A DNA stretch of 64,000 bases from the NCBI GenBank assembly GCA_965277405.1, contig OZ255726.1, positions 544,001 to 608,000 of the forward strand, in the 5' to 3' direction. This document shows, piece after piece, positions 1-8,898 of this stretch. Numbering within the stretch: the stretch's first letter is position 1; every line of letters starts with the position of its first letter. A program made the position numbers and the translations under genes. The notes under the pieces are model-generated. The model was not told the origin of the DNA. It searched no databases and was given only the letters and a program-made list of their open reading frames with translations. The stretch comes from Gammaproteobacteria bacterium. Lineage in GTDB: Bacteria; Pseudomonadota; Gammaproteobacteria; G965277405.

Positions 1-189
1 GCAAGTACCGCTGCCGCAAACCCAAAGTATATGCAACACAACGACGAAAAAAAGCGGTACTAACGTCGTTGCAGCACTTGGCAATACCCACAACACCCAC
101 CAGTGTTAGCTGCGCACTGCGCCTTGCTATCCATCAGCCATCAGCGTTGTTGCTCCGTCTCGTCCATCATGGACTTAATCAGAGCTTCC
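1..189. mobile_element. IS5-family MITE, right part (cut by window edge)
   Basis: Ends in TIR ggacttaatcagagcttcc (171-189); the interior matches the copies at 25863, 34582, 38158 and 42547. Confidence 0.85.
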
Positions 190-319
190 ATAGGGGAAGA
201 GGGGAAATGTATTCTTTTTTTGTGTAATTTGCCGCAAAGATGATTTGTATAGTTTGAGTGAAAAACATATATTCTTAAAAGATATGATATTTAAGAATTT
301 TTTTATTTCGGGTGGGATA

Positions 320-3300
320 ATGAACAAACAGATATTATTTTTAGCGCTAGGACTATTAGCTATAGCAGGCTGTAACAATGGAAGTAGCATCGATCTGCTC
401 ACGCTGCGACCATGTGCACCGCACGCTATAGCAGGCTGTAACAATGGAAGTAGCAGCGATGAGTCTAGTACCAGTAACGAAGTTGTGGCAGGTCAAAATG
501 ATACTAAGATTAAAACAATCTATGCAACCGACTCTGCTTTTGCCGCGCTGACCAACGCTGGAGGCGTCGTTACTTGGGGGAGTACGTCTTGGGGCGGCGA
601 TAGTTCAGGCGTGCAGGATCAACTGACTGACGTTACAGCAATCTATGCGGCCCACTACGGGGCTTTTGCCGCGCTTAAAAACGATGGGACTGTCGTTACT
701 TGGGGGAGTACGTCTTCGGGCGGCGATAGTGCAGCGGTGCAGCAGCTACTGAATAACGTTACAGCAATCTATGCAACCGACTTTGCTTTTGCCGCGCTTA
801 AAAACGATGGGACTGTCGTTACTTGGGGGAGTACGTATTGGGGCGGCGATAGTTCAGGCGTGCAGCAGCTACTGAATAACGTTACAGCAATCTATGCAAA
901 CCGCTATGCTTTTGCCGCGCTTAAAAACGATGGGACTGTCGTTACTTGGGGTGAGGAGGATGACGGCGGCGATAGTGCAGCGGTGCAGCATCAACTGACT
1001 AACGTTACAGCAATCTATGCAGCCCGCACTGCTTTTGCCGCGCTTAAAAACGATGGGACTGTCGTTACTTGGGGTGAGGAGGATGACGGCGGCGATAGTG
1101 CAGCGGTGCAGCAGCTACTGACTAACGTTACAGCAATCTATGCAACCGACATTGCTTTTGCCGCGCTTAAAAACGATGGGACTGTCGTTACTTGGGGGGG
1201 TACGTATTGGGGCGGCGATAGTTCAGGCGTGCAGCAGCTACTGAATAACGTGACAGCAATCTATGCAAACCGCTATGCTTTTGCCGCGCTTAAAAACGAT
1301 GGGACTGTCGTTACTTGGGGTGAGGAGGATGACGGCGGCGATAGTGCAGCGGTGCAGCATCAACTGACTAACGTTACAGCAATCTATGCAGCCCGCACTG
1401 CTTTTGCCGCGCTTAAAAACGATGGGGGCGTCGTTACTTGGGGGAGTACGTCTAACGGCGGCGATAGTGCAGCGGTGCAGCAGCAACTGACTAACGTTAC
1501 AGCAATCTATGCAACCAAGTATGCTTTTGCCGCGCTTAAAAACGATGGGACTGTCGTTACTTGGGGTGAGGAGGATGACGGCGGCGATAGTGCAGGCGTG
1601 CAGCAGCAACTGACTGACGTTACTGCAATCTATGCAACCGATAGGGCTTTTGCCGCGCTGACCAACGCTGGGCGCGTCGTTACTTGGGGGAATGAGGATT
1701 ACGGCGGCGGTGAGTCTAGCTTGAATAGTGAAGCTGACGGTGGCTACCCACACATCATAACTCCCCCAGCTGCACCAAGCAATGTAAGCGCAGCAGCAGG
1801 TGATGGGGAAGGAGAAATAATTATTAGTTGGGATAGTGTCGCTGGTGTAGCTGTATATAATCTGTATTGGGCAACAACAGCTGGTGCTGGTAAAGATGGC
1901 AGCAAAATATCCGCAGTAGCCAGCCCATACCTGCATACAGAGCGTGCCAATACAGAGACATATTATTACACAATAACCGCAAACAATGACGACGGTGAGT
2001 CGAGCTCCAGTAACGAAACATCTGCATCACCAATCCCAGCTGCACCAACCAATGTAAGCGCAGCAGCAGGTGATGGGGAAGGAGAAATAATTATTAGTTG
2101 GGATAGTGTCGCTGGTGTAGCTGCATATAATCTGTATTGGGCAACAACAGCTGGTGCTGGTAAACTTGCCAGCAAAATATCCGCAGTAGCCAGCCCATAC
2201 CTGCATGCAGAGCTTGCCAATACAGAGACATATTATTACACAATAACCGCAAACAATGCCAGCGGTGAGTCTAGCTTGAGTAGCGAAGTTGCGGCAACAC
2301 TAATTGCATCCAATGACGGCGGTGAGTCTAGCTCCAGTAGCGAATATATGGCAGGTCAAAATGATTCTAAGATTAAAACAATCTATGCAACCGACTCTGC
2401 TTTTGCCGCGCTGACCAACGCTGGGGGCGTCGTTACTTGGGGTGATTATAGTTACGGCGGCGATAGTTCAGGCGTGCAGGATCAACTGACTGACGTTACA
2501 GCAATCTATGCGGCCCACTACGGGGCTTTTGCCGCGCTTAAAAACGATGGGACTGTCGTTACTTGGGGGAGTACGTCTTGGGGCGGCGATAGTGCAGCGG
2601 TGCAGCATCTACTGACTAACGTTACAGCAATCTATGCAACCTGGGAAGCTTTTGCCGCGCTTAAAAACGATGGGGGCGTCGTTACTTGGGGGAGTACGTC
2701 TAACGGCGGCGATAGTGCAGCGGTGCAGCATCTACTGAATAACGTTACAGCAATCTATGCAAACCGCTATGCTTTTGCCGCGCTTACAAACGATGGGGGC
2801 GTCGTTACTTGGGGGAGTACGTCTAACGGCGGCGATAGTGCAGCGGTGCAGCATCTACTGAATAACGTTACAGCAATCTATGCAACCAAGTATGCTTTTG
2901 CCGCGCTTAAAAACGATGGGACTGTCGTTACTTGGGGTGAGGAGGATGACGGCGGCGATAGTGCAGCGGTGCAGCAGCTACTGAATAACGTTACAGCAAT
3001 CTATGCAACCGATACTGCTTTTGCCGCGCTTACCAACGCTGCGCGCGTCGTTACTTGGGGTGATGGGTATGACGGCGGCGATAGTGCAGCGGTGCAGCAG
3101 CTACTGAATAACGTTACAGCAATCTATGCAACCGATAGGGCTTTTGCCGCGCTTAAAAACGATGGGACTGTCGTTACTTGGGGGAGTACGTCTAACGGCG
3201 GCGATAGTGCAGCGGTGCAGCATCTACTGAATAACGTTACAGCAATCTATGCAACCAAGTATGCTTTTGCCGCGCTTAAAAACGATGGGACTGTCGTTAC

Positions 3301-6300
3301 TTGGGGTGAGGAGGATGACGGCGGCGATAGTGCAGCGGTGCAGCAGCAACTGACTGACGTTACAGCAATCTATGCAGCCAAGTATGCTTTTGCCGCGCTT
3401 AAAAACGATGGGACTGTCGTTACTTGGGGTTCTGAGGATAACGGCGGCGATAGTGCAGGCGTGCAGCAGCAACTGACTGACGTTACTGCAATCTATGCAA
3501 CCGATAGGGCTTTTGCCGCGCTGACCAACGCTGGGCGCGTCGTTACTTGGGGGAATGAGGATTACGGCGGCGGTGAGTCTAGCTTGAATAGTGAAGCTGA
3601 CGGTGGCTACCCACACATCATAACTCCCCCAGCTGCACCAAGCAATGTAAGCGCAGCAGCAGGTGATGGGGAAGGAGAAATAATTATTAGTTGGGATAGT
3701 GTCGCTGGTGTAGCTGCATATAATCTGTATTGGGCAACAACAGCTGGTGCTGGTAAAGATGGCAGCAAAATATCCGCAGTAGCCAGCCCATACCTGCATA
3801 CAGAGCGTGTCAATACAGAGACATATTATTACACAATAACCGCAAACAATGACGACGGTGAGTCGAGCTCCAGTAACGAAACATCTGCATCACCAATCCC
3901 AGCTGCACCAACCAATGTAAGCGCAGCAGCAGGTGATGGGGAAGGAGAAATAATTATTAGTTGGGATAGTGTCGCTGGTGTAGCTGCATATAATCTGTAT
4001 TGGGCAACAACAGCTGGTGCTGGTAAAGATGGCAGCAAAATATCCGCAGTAGCCAGCCCATACCTGCATACAGAGCGTGCCAATACAGAGACATATTATT
4101 ACACAATAACCGCAAACAATGACGACGGTGAGTCGAGCTCCAGTAACGAAACATCTGCATCACCAATCCCAGCTGCACCAACCAATGTAAGCGCAGCAGC
4201 AGGTGATGGGAGAGGAGAAATAACCATTAGTTGGAATCAGGTAAATAATGCCGATTCATACAATCTATATTGGGCGACAAGCGCTGGATATGGTAAATCT
4301 GGCAGCAAAATATCCGCAGTAGCCAGCCCATACCTGCATACAGAGCGTGCCAATACAGAGACATATTATTACACAATAACCGCAAACAATGACGACGGTG
4401 AGTCGAGCTCCAGTAACGAAACATCTGCATCACCAATCCCAGCTGCACCAAGCAATGTAAGCGCAGCAGCAGGTGATGGGAGAGGAGAAATAACCATTAG
4501 TTGGAATCAGGTAAATAATGCCGATTCATACAATCTATATTGGGCGACAAGCGCTGGATATGGTAAATCTGGCAGCAAAATATCGCGAGTAACCAGCCCA
4601 TACACGCATACAGGGCGTTATGACGAATCATACTATTACACAATAACCGCAAACAATGACGACGGTGAGTCGAGCTCCAGTAACGAAACATCTGCATCAC
4701 CAATCCCAGCTGCACCAACCAATGTAAGCGCAGCAGCAGGTGATGGGGAAGGAGAAATAACCATTAGTTGGAATCAGGTAAATAATGCAGATTCATACAA
4801 TCTATATTGGGCGACAAGCGCTGGATATGGTAAATCTGGCAGCAAAATATCGCGAGTAACCAGCCCATACACGCATACAGATCGTTATAATGAATCCACA
4901 TACTATTACACAATAACCGCAAACAATGCCGGCGGTGAGTCTAGCTTGAGTAGCGAAGTTGCGGCAACAGCAACTGTATCCAATGACGGCGATAGTTCAG
5001 CGGTGCAGCAGCTATTGAATAACGTTACAGCAATCTATGCAACCGATAGGGCTTTTGCCGCGCTTACCAACGATGGGCGTGTCGTTACTTGGGGGAGTGA
5101 TAATGGCGGCGGCGATAGTTCAGCAGTGCAGCAGCAACTGACTAACGTTACAGCAATCTATTCAAACTACTTTGCTTTTGCAGCGCTTACCAACGCCAGG
5201 ACTGTCGTTACTTGGGGGAGTACGTCTAACGGCGGCGATAGTGCAGCGGTGCAGCAGCTACTGACTAACGTTACAGCAATCTATGCAAACCGCTATGCTT
5301 TTGCCGCGCTTAAAAACGATGGGGGCGTCGTTACTTGGGGGAGTACGTCTAACGGCGGCGATAGTTCAGGCGTGCAGGATCAACTGACTGACGTTACAGC
5401 AATCTATGCAACCGACTTTGCTTTTGCCGCGCTTAAAAACGATGGGACTGTCGTTACTTGGGGGGGTACGTATTGGGGCGGCGATAGTTCAGGCGTGCAG
5501 CAGCTACTGAATAACGTTAAAGAAATCTATACAAACGACCACGCTTTTGCCGCGCTGACCAACGCTGAGCGCGTCGTTACTTGGGGTGATGAGGATTGGG
5601 GCGGTGATAGTTCAGGCGTGCAGCAGCAACTGAATAACGTGACAGCAATCTATGCAGCCAAGTATGCTTTTGCCGCGCTTAAACACGATGGGACTGTCGT
5701 TACTTGGGGGAGTACGTCTAACGGCGGCGATAGTGCAGCGGTGCAGCAGCAACTGACTAACGTTACAGCAATCTATGCAACCGATTGGGCTTTTGCCGCG
5801 CTGACCAACGCTGGGGGCGTCGTTACTTGGGGGAGTGAGTATTCTGGCGGTGATAGTGCAGCGGTGCAGCATCTACTGAATAACGTTACAGCAATCTATG
5901 CAACCCGCTATGCTTTTGCCGCGCTGAAAAACGATGGGACTGTCGTTACTTGGGGGAGTGAGTATTCTGGCGGCAATAGTTCAGGCGTGCAGCAGCAACT
6001 GACTAACGTTACAGCAATTTATGCAACCTATAGGGCTTTTGCCGCGCTTACAAACGCTGGGGGCGTCGTTACTTGGGGGGACATTAGTTACGGCGGCGAT
6101 AGTTCAAGGGTGCAGCAGCAACTGACTAACGTTACAGCAATCTATGCAACCGAAAGGGCTTTTGCCGCGCTTACCAACGCTGGGGGCGTCGTTACTTGGG
6201 GTGATGAGGGTTACGGTGGTGGTGATCTAGTTTTCAGTAGCGAAGTTCCTTCCACACCAACTGTATCTAGTGAGTCGTATACGGCTACTGCGTCTTCGAC

Positions 6301-6709
6301 TGGCTGGTATAGCGACTATGTAACCTCGCCTGATCAAGCTATTGATTCTCGAGGCGACACTTTTTGGTGTGCTAATTCAATTCCAGCGTGGTATCAAGTT
6401 GAGTTGCCTTCCATTCAGCCAATTTCTCAAATAAGTTTATACATTTATTACCATAATGTTTCAGGAAATATACAGTTTTCTAGTGATGGCAACAGATGGC
6501 AAGAATTCACAAACTTTGATACAAATACAAACATAGATACAACTAATTACGCATATACAATATCTAACATAGATACAGTAGAATTAAAAACTTATAACCT
6601 AACAAATACTAGTGCGAAATTTGTCAGGATAAATTTTTTGACTACTGATGCCCCTGATTCTCATATCTATAAGGCATGCTTGACTGAAGTTGAGATAATA
6701 AGTCCATAA
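320..6709 (+). CDS. Giant surface lipoprotein: 3 x 10 RCC1/BLIP-II-like 41-aa repeats, 7 fibronectin type III domains, C-terminal discoidin/F5/8C-like domain
   Basis: ATG at 320 after gggtggga; signal peptide MNKQILFLALGLLAIAG-C (lipobox); repeat AFAALKNDGTVVTWG-xxxx-GGDS-VQ-L-NV-AIYA; FN3 motif PAAPxNVSA..ISW..YNLYW..YYYTITAxN; tip ATASS..AID..TFW..WYQVEL..AKFVRI..EVEI. Confidence 0.85.
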   Translation: MNKQILFLALGLLAIAGCNNGSSIDLLTLRPCAPHAIAGCNNGSSSDESSTSNEVVAGQNDTKIKTIYATDSAFAALTNAGGVVTWGSTSWGGDSSGVQDQLTDVTAIYAAHYGAFAALKNDGTVVTWGSTSSGGDSAAVQQLLNNVTAIYATDFAFAALKNDGTVVTWGSTYWGGDSSGVQQLLNNVTAIYANRYAFAALKNDGTVVTWGEEDDGGDSAAVQHQLTNVTAIYAARTAFAALKNDGTVVTWGEEDDGGDSAAVQQLLTNVTAIYATDIAFAALKNDGTVVTWGGTYWGGDSSGVQQLLNNVTAIYANRYAFAALKNDGTVVTWGEEDDGGDSAAVQHQLTNVTAIYAARTAFAALKNDGGVVTWGSTSNGGDSAAVQQQLTNVTAIYATKYAFAALKNDGTVVTWGEEDDGGDSAGVQQQLTDVTAIYATDRAFAALTNAGRVVTWGNEDYGGGESSLNSEADGGYPHIITPPAAPSNVSAAAGDGEGEIIISWDSVAGVAVYNLYWATTAGAGKDGSKISAVASPYLHTERANTETYYYTITANNDDGESSSSNETSASPIPAAPTNVSAAAGDGEGEIIISWDSVAGVAAYNLYWATTAGAGKLASKISAVASPYLHAELANTETYYYTITANNASGESSLSSEVAATLIASNDGGESSSSSEYMAGQNDSKIKTIYATDSAFAALTNAGGVVTWGDYSYGGDSSGVQDQLTDVTAIYAAHYGAFAALKNDGTVVTWGSTSWGGDSAAVQHLLTNVTAIYATWEAFAALKNDGGVVTWGSTSNGGDSAAVQHLLNNVTAIYANRYAFAALTNDGGVVTWGSTSNGGDSAAVQHLLNNVTAIYATKYAFAALKNDGTVVTWGEEDDGGDSAAVQQLLNNVTAIYATDTAFAALTNAARVVTWGDGYDGGDSAAVQQLLNNVTAIYATDRAFAALKNDGTVVTWGSTSNGGDSAAVQHLLNNVTAIYATKYAFAALKNDGTVVTWGEEDDGGDSAAVQQQLTDVTAIYAAKYAFAALKNDGTVVTWGSEDNGGDSAGVQQQLTDVTAIYATDRAFAALTNAGRVVTWGNEDYGGGESSLNSEADGGYPHIITPPAAPSNVSAAAGDGEGEIIISWDSVAGVAAYNLYWATTAGAGKDGSKISAVASPYLHTERVNTETYYYTITANNDDGESSSSNETSASPIPAAPTNVSAAAGDGEGEIIISWDSVAGVAAYNLYWATTAGAGKDGSKISAVASPYLHTERANTETYYYTITANNDDGESSSSNETSASPIPAAPTNVSAAAGDGRGEITISWNQVNNADSYNLYWATSAGYGKSGSKISAVASPYLHTERANTETYYYTITANNDDGESSSSNETSASPIPAAPSNVSAAAGDGRGEITISWNQVNNADSYNLYWATSAGYGKSGSKISRVTSPYTHTGRYDESYYYTITANNDDGESSSSNETSASPIPAAPTNVSAAAGDGEGEITISWNQVNNADSYNLYWATSAGYGKSGSKISRVTSPYTHTDRYNESTYYYTITANNAGGESSLSSEVAATATVSNDGDSSAVQQLLNNVTAIYATDRAFAALTNDGRVVTWGSDNGGGDSSAVQQQLTNVTAIYSNYFAFAALTNARTVVTWGSTSNGGDSAAVQQLLTNVTAIYANRYAFAALKNDGGVVTWGSTSNGGDSSGVQDQLTDVTAIYATDFAFAALKNDGTVVTWGGTYWGGDSSGVQQLLNNVKEIYTNDHAFAALTNAERVVTWGDEDWGGDSSGVQQQLNNVTAIYAAKYAFAALKHDGTVVTWGSTSNGGDSAAVQQQLTNVTAIYATDWAFAALTNAGGVVTWGSEYSGGDSAAVQHLLNNVTAIYATRYAFAALKNDGTVVTWGSEYSGGNSSGVQQQLTNVTAIYATYRAFAALTNAGGVVTWGDISYGGDSSRVQQQLTNVTAIYATERAFAALTNAGGVVTWGDEGYGGGDLVFSSEVPSTPTVSSESYTATASSTGWYSDYVTSPDQAIDSRGDTFWCANSIPAWYQVELPSIQPISQISLYIYYHNVSGNIQFSSDGNRWQEFTNFDTNTNIDTTNYAYTISNIDTVELKTYNLTNTSAKFVRINFLTTDAPDSHIYKACLTEVEIISP
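359..455 (+). repeat. Perfect 31-bp direct repeat (359-389, 425-455) flanking a unique 35-bp insert; in frame (66 bp)
   Basis: gctatagcaggctgtaacaatggaagtagca occurs twice, separated by tcgatctgctcacgctgcgaccatgtgcaccgcac. Confidence 0.95.
509..1712 (+). repeat. Coding tandem array 1: ten ~123-bp repeats
   Basis: Ten IYx..AFAAL..VVTWG units counted in the translation. Confidence 0.9.
2372..3575 (+). repeat. Coding tandem array 2: ten ~123-bp repeats
   Basis: Ten units counted; array offset 1863 bp from array 1. Confidence 0.9.
4988..6225 (+). repeat. Coding tandem array 3: ten ~123-bp repeats
   Basis: Ten units counted in the translation. Confidence 0.9.
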
Positions 6710-6857
6710 ATCTGGCGTTCACCATATGCAGACATTTCATGATTTTAATTTTTATACAGAGATTGAAGTGCAGTTATATACTTATCGTAGCAATCATTAA
6801 TTATTAGCTAATAGTTGTTAAGTGGGGGCTAAAGCGGCTAGCATGCCCATGATGTAG

Positions 6858-7166
6858 TCAAAGTTTGATGGGTTGTTGCAGTTGACAATTCTCATATATG
6901 GTGATTTGCTCAGGTGCTATCAGCAATGGGCTAATTCTACCGATGATTGTTTGGCGTTGCGGATGACATTCCCATTGCAACCAGTTTTCAAGGCTGATAA
7001 ACCGCATAATCGTTATTCTACAACACGGGTTATTGCGTTGTTGTAGTATTTCGATATCTACATACCCATCAACACGGTTAGCCATGCCCACACACTTTGC
7101 CATTGCTTCATCAAATTGTTCTTCGTAAAAATGGTTGATTTTTCTGCTGATAACAATGGTAATCAT
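6858..7166 (-). CDS. Antibiotic biosynthesis monooxygenase (ABM)-family protein
   Basis: 102 aa, MITIVISRKI..GY..W..W..HPQR pattern typical of the dimeric alpha/beta barrel ABM family. Confidence 0.65.
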   Translation of the reverse strand: MITIVISRKINHFYEEQFDEAMAKCVGMANRVDGYVDIEILQQRNNPCCRITIMRFISLENWLQWECHPQRQTIIGRISPLLIAPEQITIYENCQLQQPIKL

Positions 7167-7267
7167 CTGGAATTACGTAGTTTAAAAGTCTTAAAATATT
7201 CCCGTGTGTAGGTAAATGATAGTACATTGAACGCAATTACAATCAACCTGCAATAATTTTTCTGATT

Positions 7268-8674
7268 ATGTCTGAAACTGTATACGATAAACTGTGGCGG
7301 ACGCATGTTGTTGATACCTTAGATGATGGCTCAACTTTGCTGTATATCGATCGACACATTATCCACGAAGTGACATCGCCGCAAGCATTTGCCGGTCTTG
7401 ATGCTGCACAGCGAGACATGTGGCGACAGTCTAGCGTCATCGCCACGGTTGACCATATTATTCCAACAGAAAAACACGCATTGGGCATTGCTGGTATTGA
7501 AGATGAAATTGCGCGAGAAATGGCTGGAACACTCGATGCAAATTGTGCCAAACACCAATTACGCTATTTCGATATTCATGATAAACGCCAGGGTATTGTG
7601 CATATTGTTGCTCCTGAACAAGGTGGAATACTCCCAGGTATGACTGTTGTTTGTGGCGACTCACATACATCAACAAATGGTGCCTTTGCGGCTTTGGCGC
7701 AAGGAATCGGCACCAGTGATATTGAACATGTTCTAGCTACACAATGTTTATTACAGCCAAAGAGTAAGAGCATGCAGGTGGTTTTTGATGGAAAACTTGC
7801 CGCCGGTGTCGGCCCTAAAGATATGATCTTATACCTAATCGGGGTGATTGGCACTGCGGGGGGCACTGGCTATGCAATGGAATACTGTGGTGATGCTATC
7901 CGTAGTATGAGCATGGAAGGACGGATGACCATCTGCAATATGAGCATTGAGGCGGGCGCACGCGCGGGCATGGTCGCAGTAGACGAGACCACAATTCAAT
8001 ATTTACAAGACAAGCCACTAGCACCAAAGGGCAGGTTATGGCAACAAGCTTGTGTGTATTGGCGGACTCTGGTGAGCGACGCTGACGCGCAGTTTGACAA
8101 AGTGGTGCATATTGATTGCGCCACAATTACGCCGCAAGTTAGTTGGGGGACCTCGCCTGAAATGGTTACTGGCATTGATACACCCACACCAATATTATCT
8201 TGCTTTCCTGAAGATCAACAAAGTTATTATCAAAGCGCATATACGTATATGGGGCTTAAGCCAGGACAGGCGTTGACAGATATCGCGATTGATGTGGTGT
8301 TTATTGGCTCATGTACCAACGCGCGGATAGAAGATTTACGCGCAGCTGCGAGCGTTGCCAAAGGCAAACATGTCAATAAATCGGTGACCGCATATGTGGT
8401 GCCAGGCTCTAAGCAAGTGCGCCAACAAGCAGAAGACGAAGGACTTGATGAAGTGTTTATTGATGCGGGTTTTATGTGGCGTGAGCCAGGATGTTCCATG
8501 TGTTTAGCGATGAACCCAGATAAACTTATGCCAGGGCAGCGCTGTGCTTCGACCAGCAATAGAAACTTTGAAGGTCGGCAAGGCTACGGCGGGCGTACGC
8601 ATTTAGTAAGCCCAATGATGGCCGCTGCCGCTGCCGTTGAAGGTCATTTTATTGATGTGAGAAAATGGATATAG
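7268..8674 (+). CDS. leuC: 3-isopropylmalate dehydratase large subunit
   Basis: [38 protein letters not shown]. Confidence 0.97.
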   Translation: MSETVYDKLWRTHVVDTLDDGSTLLYIDRHIIHEVTSPQAFAGLDAAQRDMWRQSSVIATVDHIIPTEKHALGIAGIEDEIAREMAGTLDANCAKHQLRYFDIHDKRQGIVHIVAPEQGGILPGMTVVCGDSHTSTNGAFAALAQGIGTSDIEHVLATQCLLQPKSKSMQVVFDGKLAAGVGPKDMILYLIGVIGTAGGTGYAMEYCGDAIRSMSMEGRMTICNMSIEAGARAGMVAVDETTIQYLQDKPLAPKGRLWQQACVYWRTLVSDADAQFDKVVHIDCATITPQVSWGTSPEMVTGIDTPTPILSCFPEDQQSYYQSAYTYMGLKPGQALTDIAIDVVFIGSCTNARIEDLRAAASVAKGKHVNKSVTAYVVPGSKQVRQQAEDEGLDEVFIDAGFMWREPGCSMCLAMNPDKLMPGQRCASTSNRNFEGRQGYGGRTHLVSPMMAAAAAVEGHFIDVRKWI

Positions 8675-8898
8675 CTACTGGAATGCTCAATCAAGCATAT
8701 TTTGTCACTGGCGTGAGTATCAGTTGTATATTTATATTTCTAGGCGCTTTGATTTTAGCCACCAAGCTGCTTGCTGCATTGACCCATTCACAGCTAAACG
8801 CGGACGATGGGAAAAATCATAGTCCTGTGTTATCTACAACAGATATTGAACAACATGCGGTAATAACCGCAGCACTCCACCACCATTTAAAAAAATGA
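8665..8898 (+). CDS. oadG: Oxaloacetate decarboxylase gamma subunit
   Basis: Single TM helix, C-terminal [10 protein letters not shown], directly upstream of oadA. Confidence 0.8.
   Translation: MDIATGMLNQAYFVTGVSISCIFIFLGALILATKLLAALTHSQLNADDGKNHSPVLSTTDIEQHAVITAALHHHLKK

Noticed and set aside
1238-5872. Repeated minus-strand ORFs (68-232 aa) within the lipoprotein gene
   Set aside because: Antisense shadows of the coding repeats, with no independent motifs.
509-6225. Constant and variable alternation resembling a CRISPR array
   Set aside because: The period is 123 bp, the frame is open throughout, variable parts are only 9-12 bp and recur, and no cas genes are present. It is a coding repeat.
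320-6709. Diversity-generating retroelement target
   Set aside because: No reverse transcriptase, avd or separate template repeat in the window. Variation is spread across all repeats as recurring cassettes rather than confined to one C-terminal variable region.
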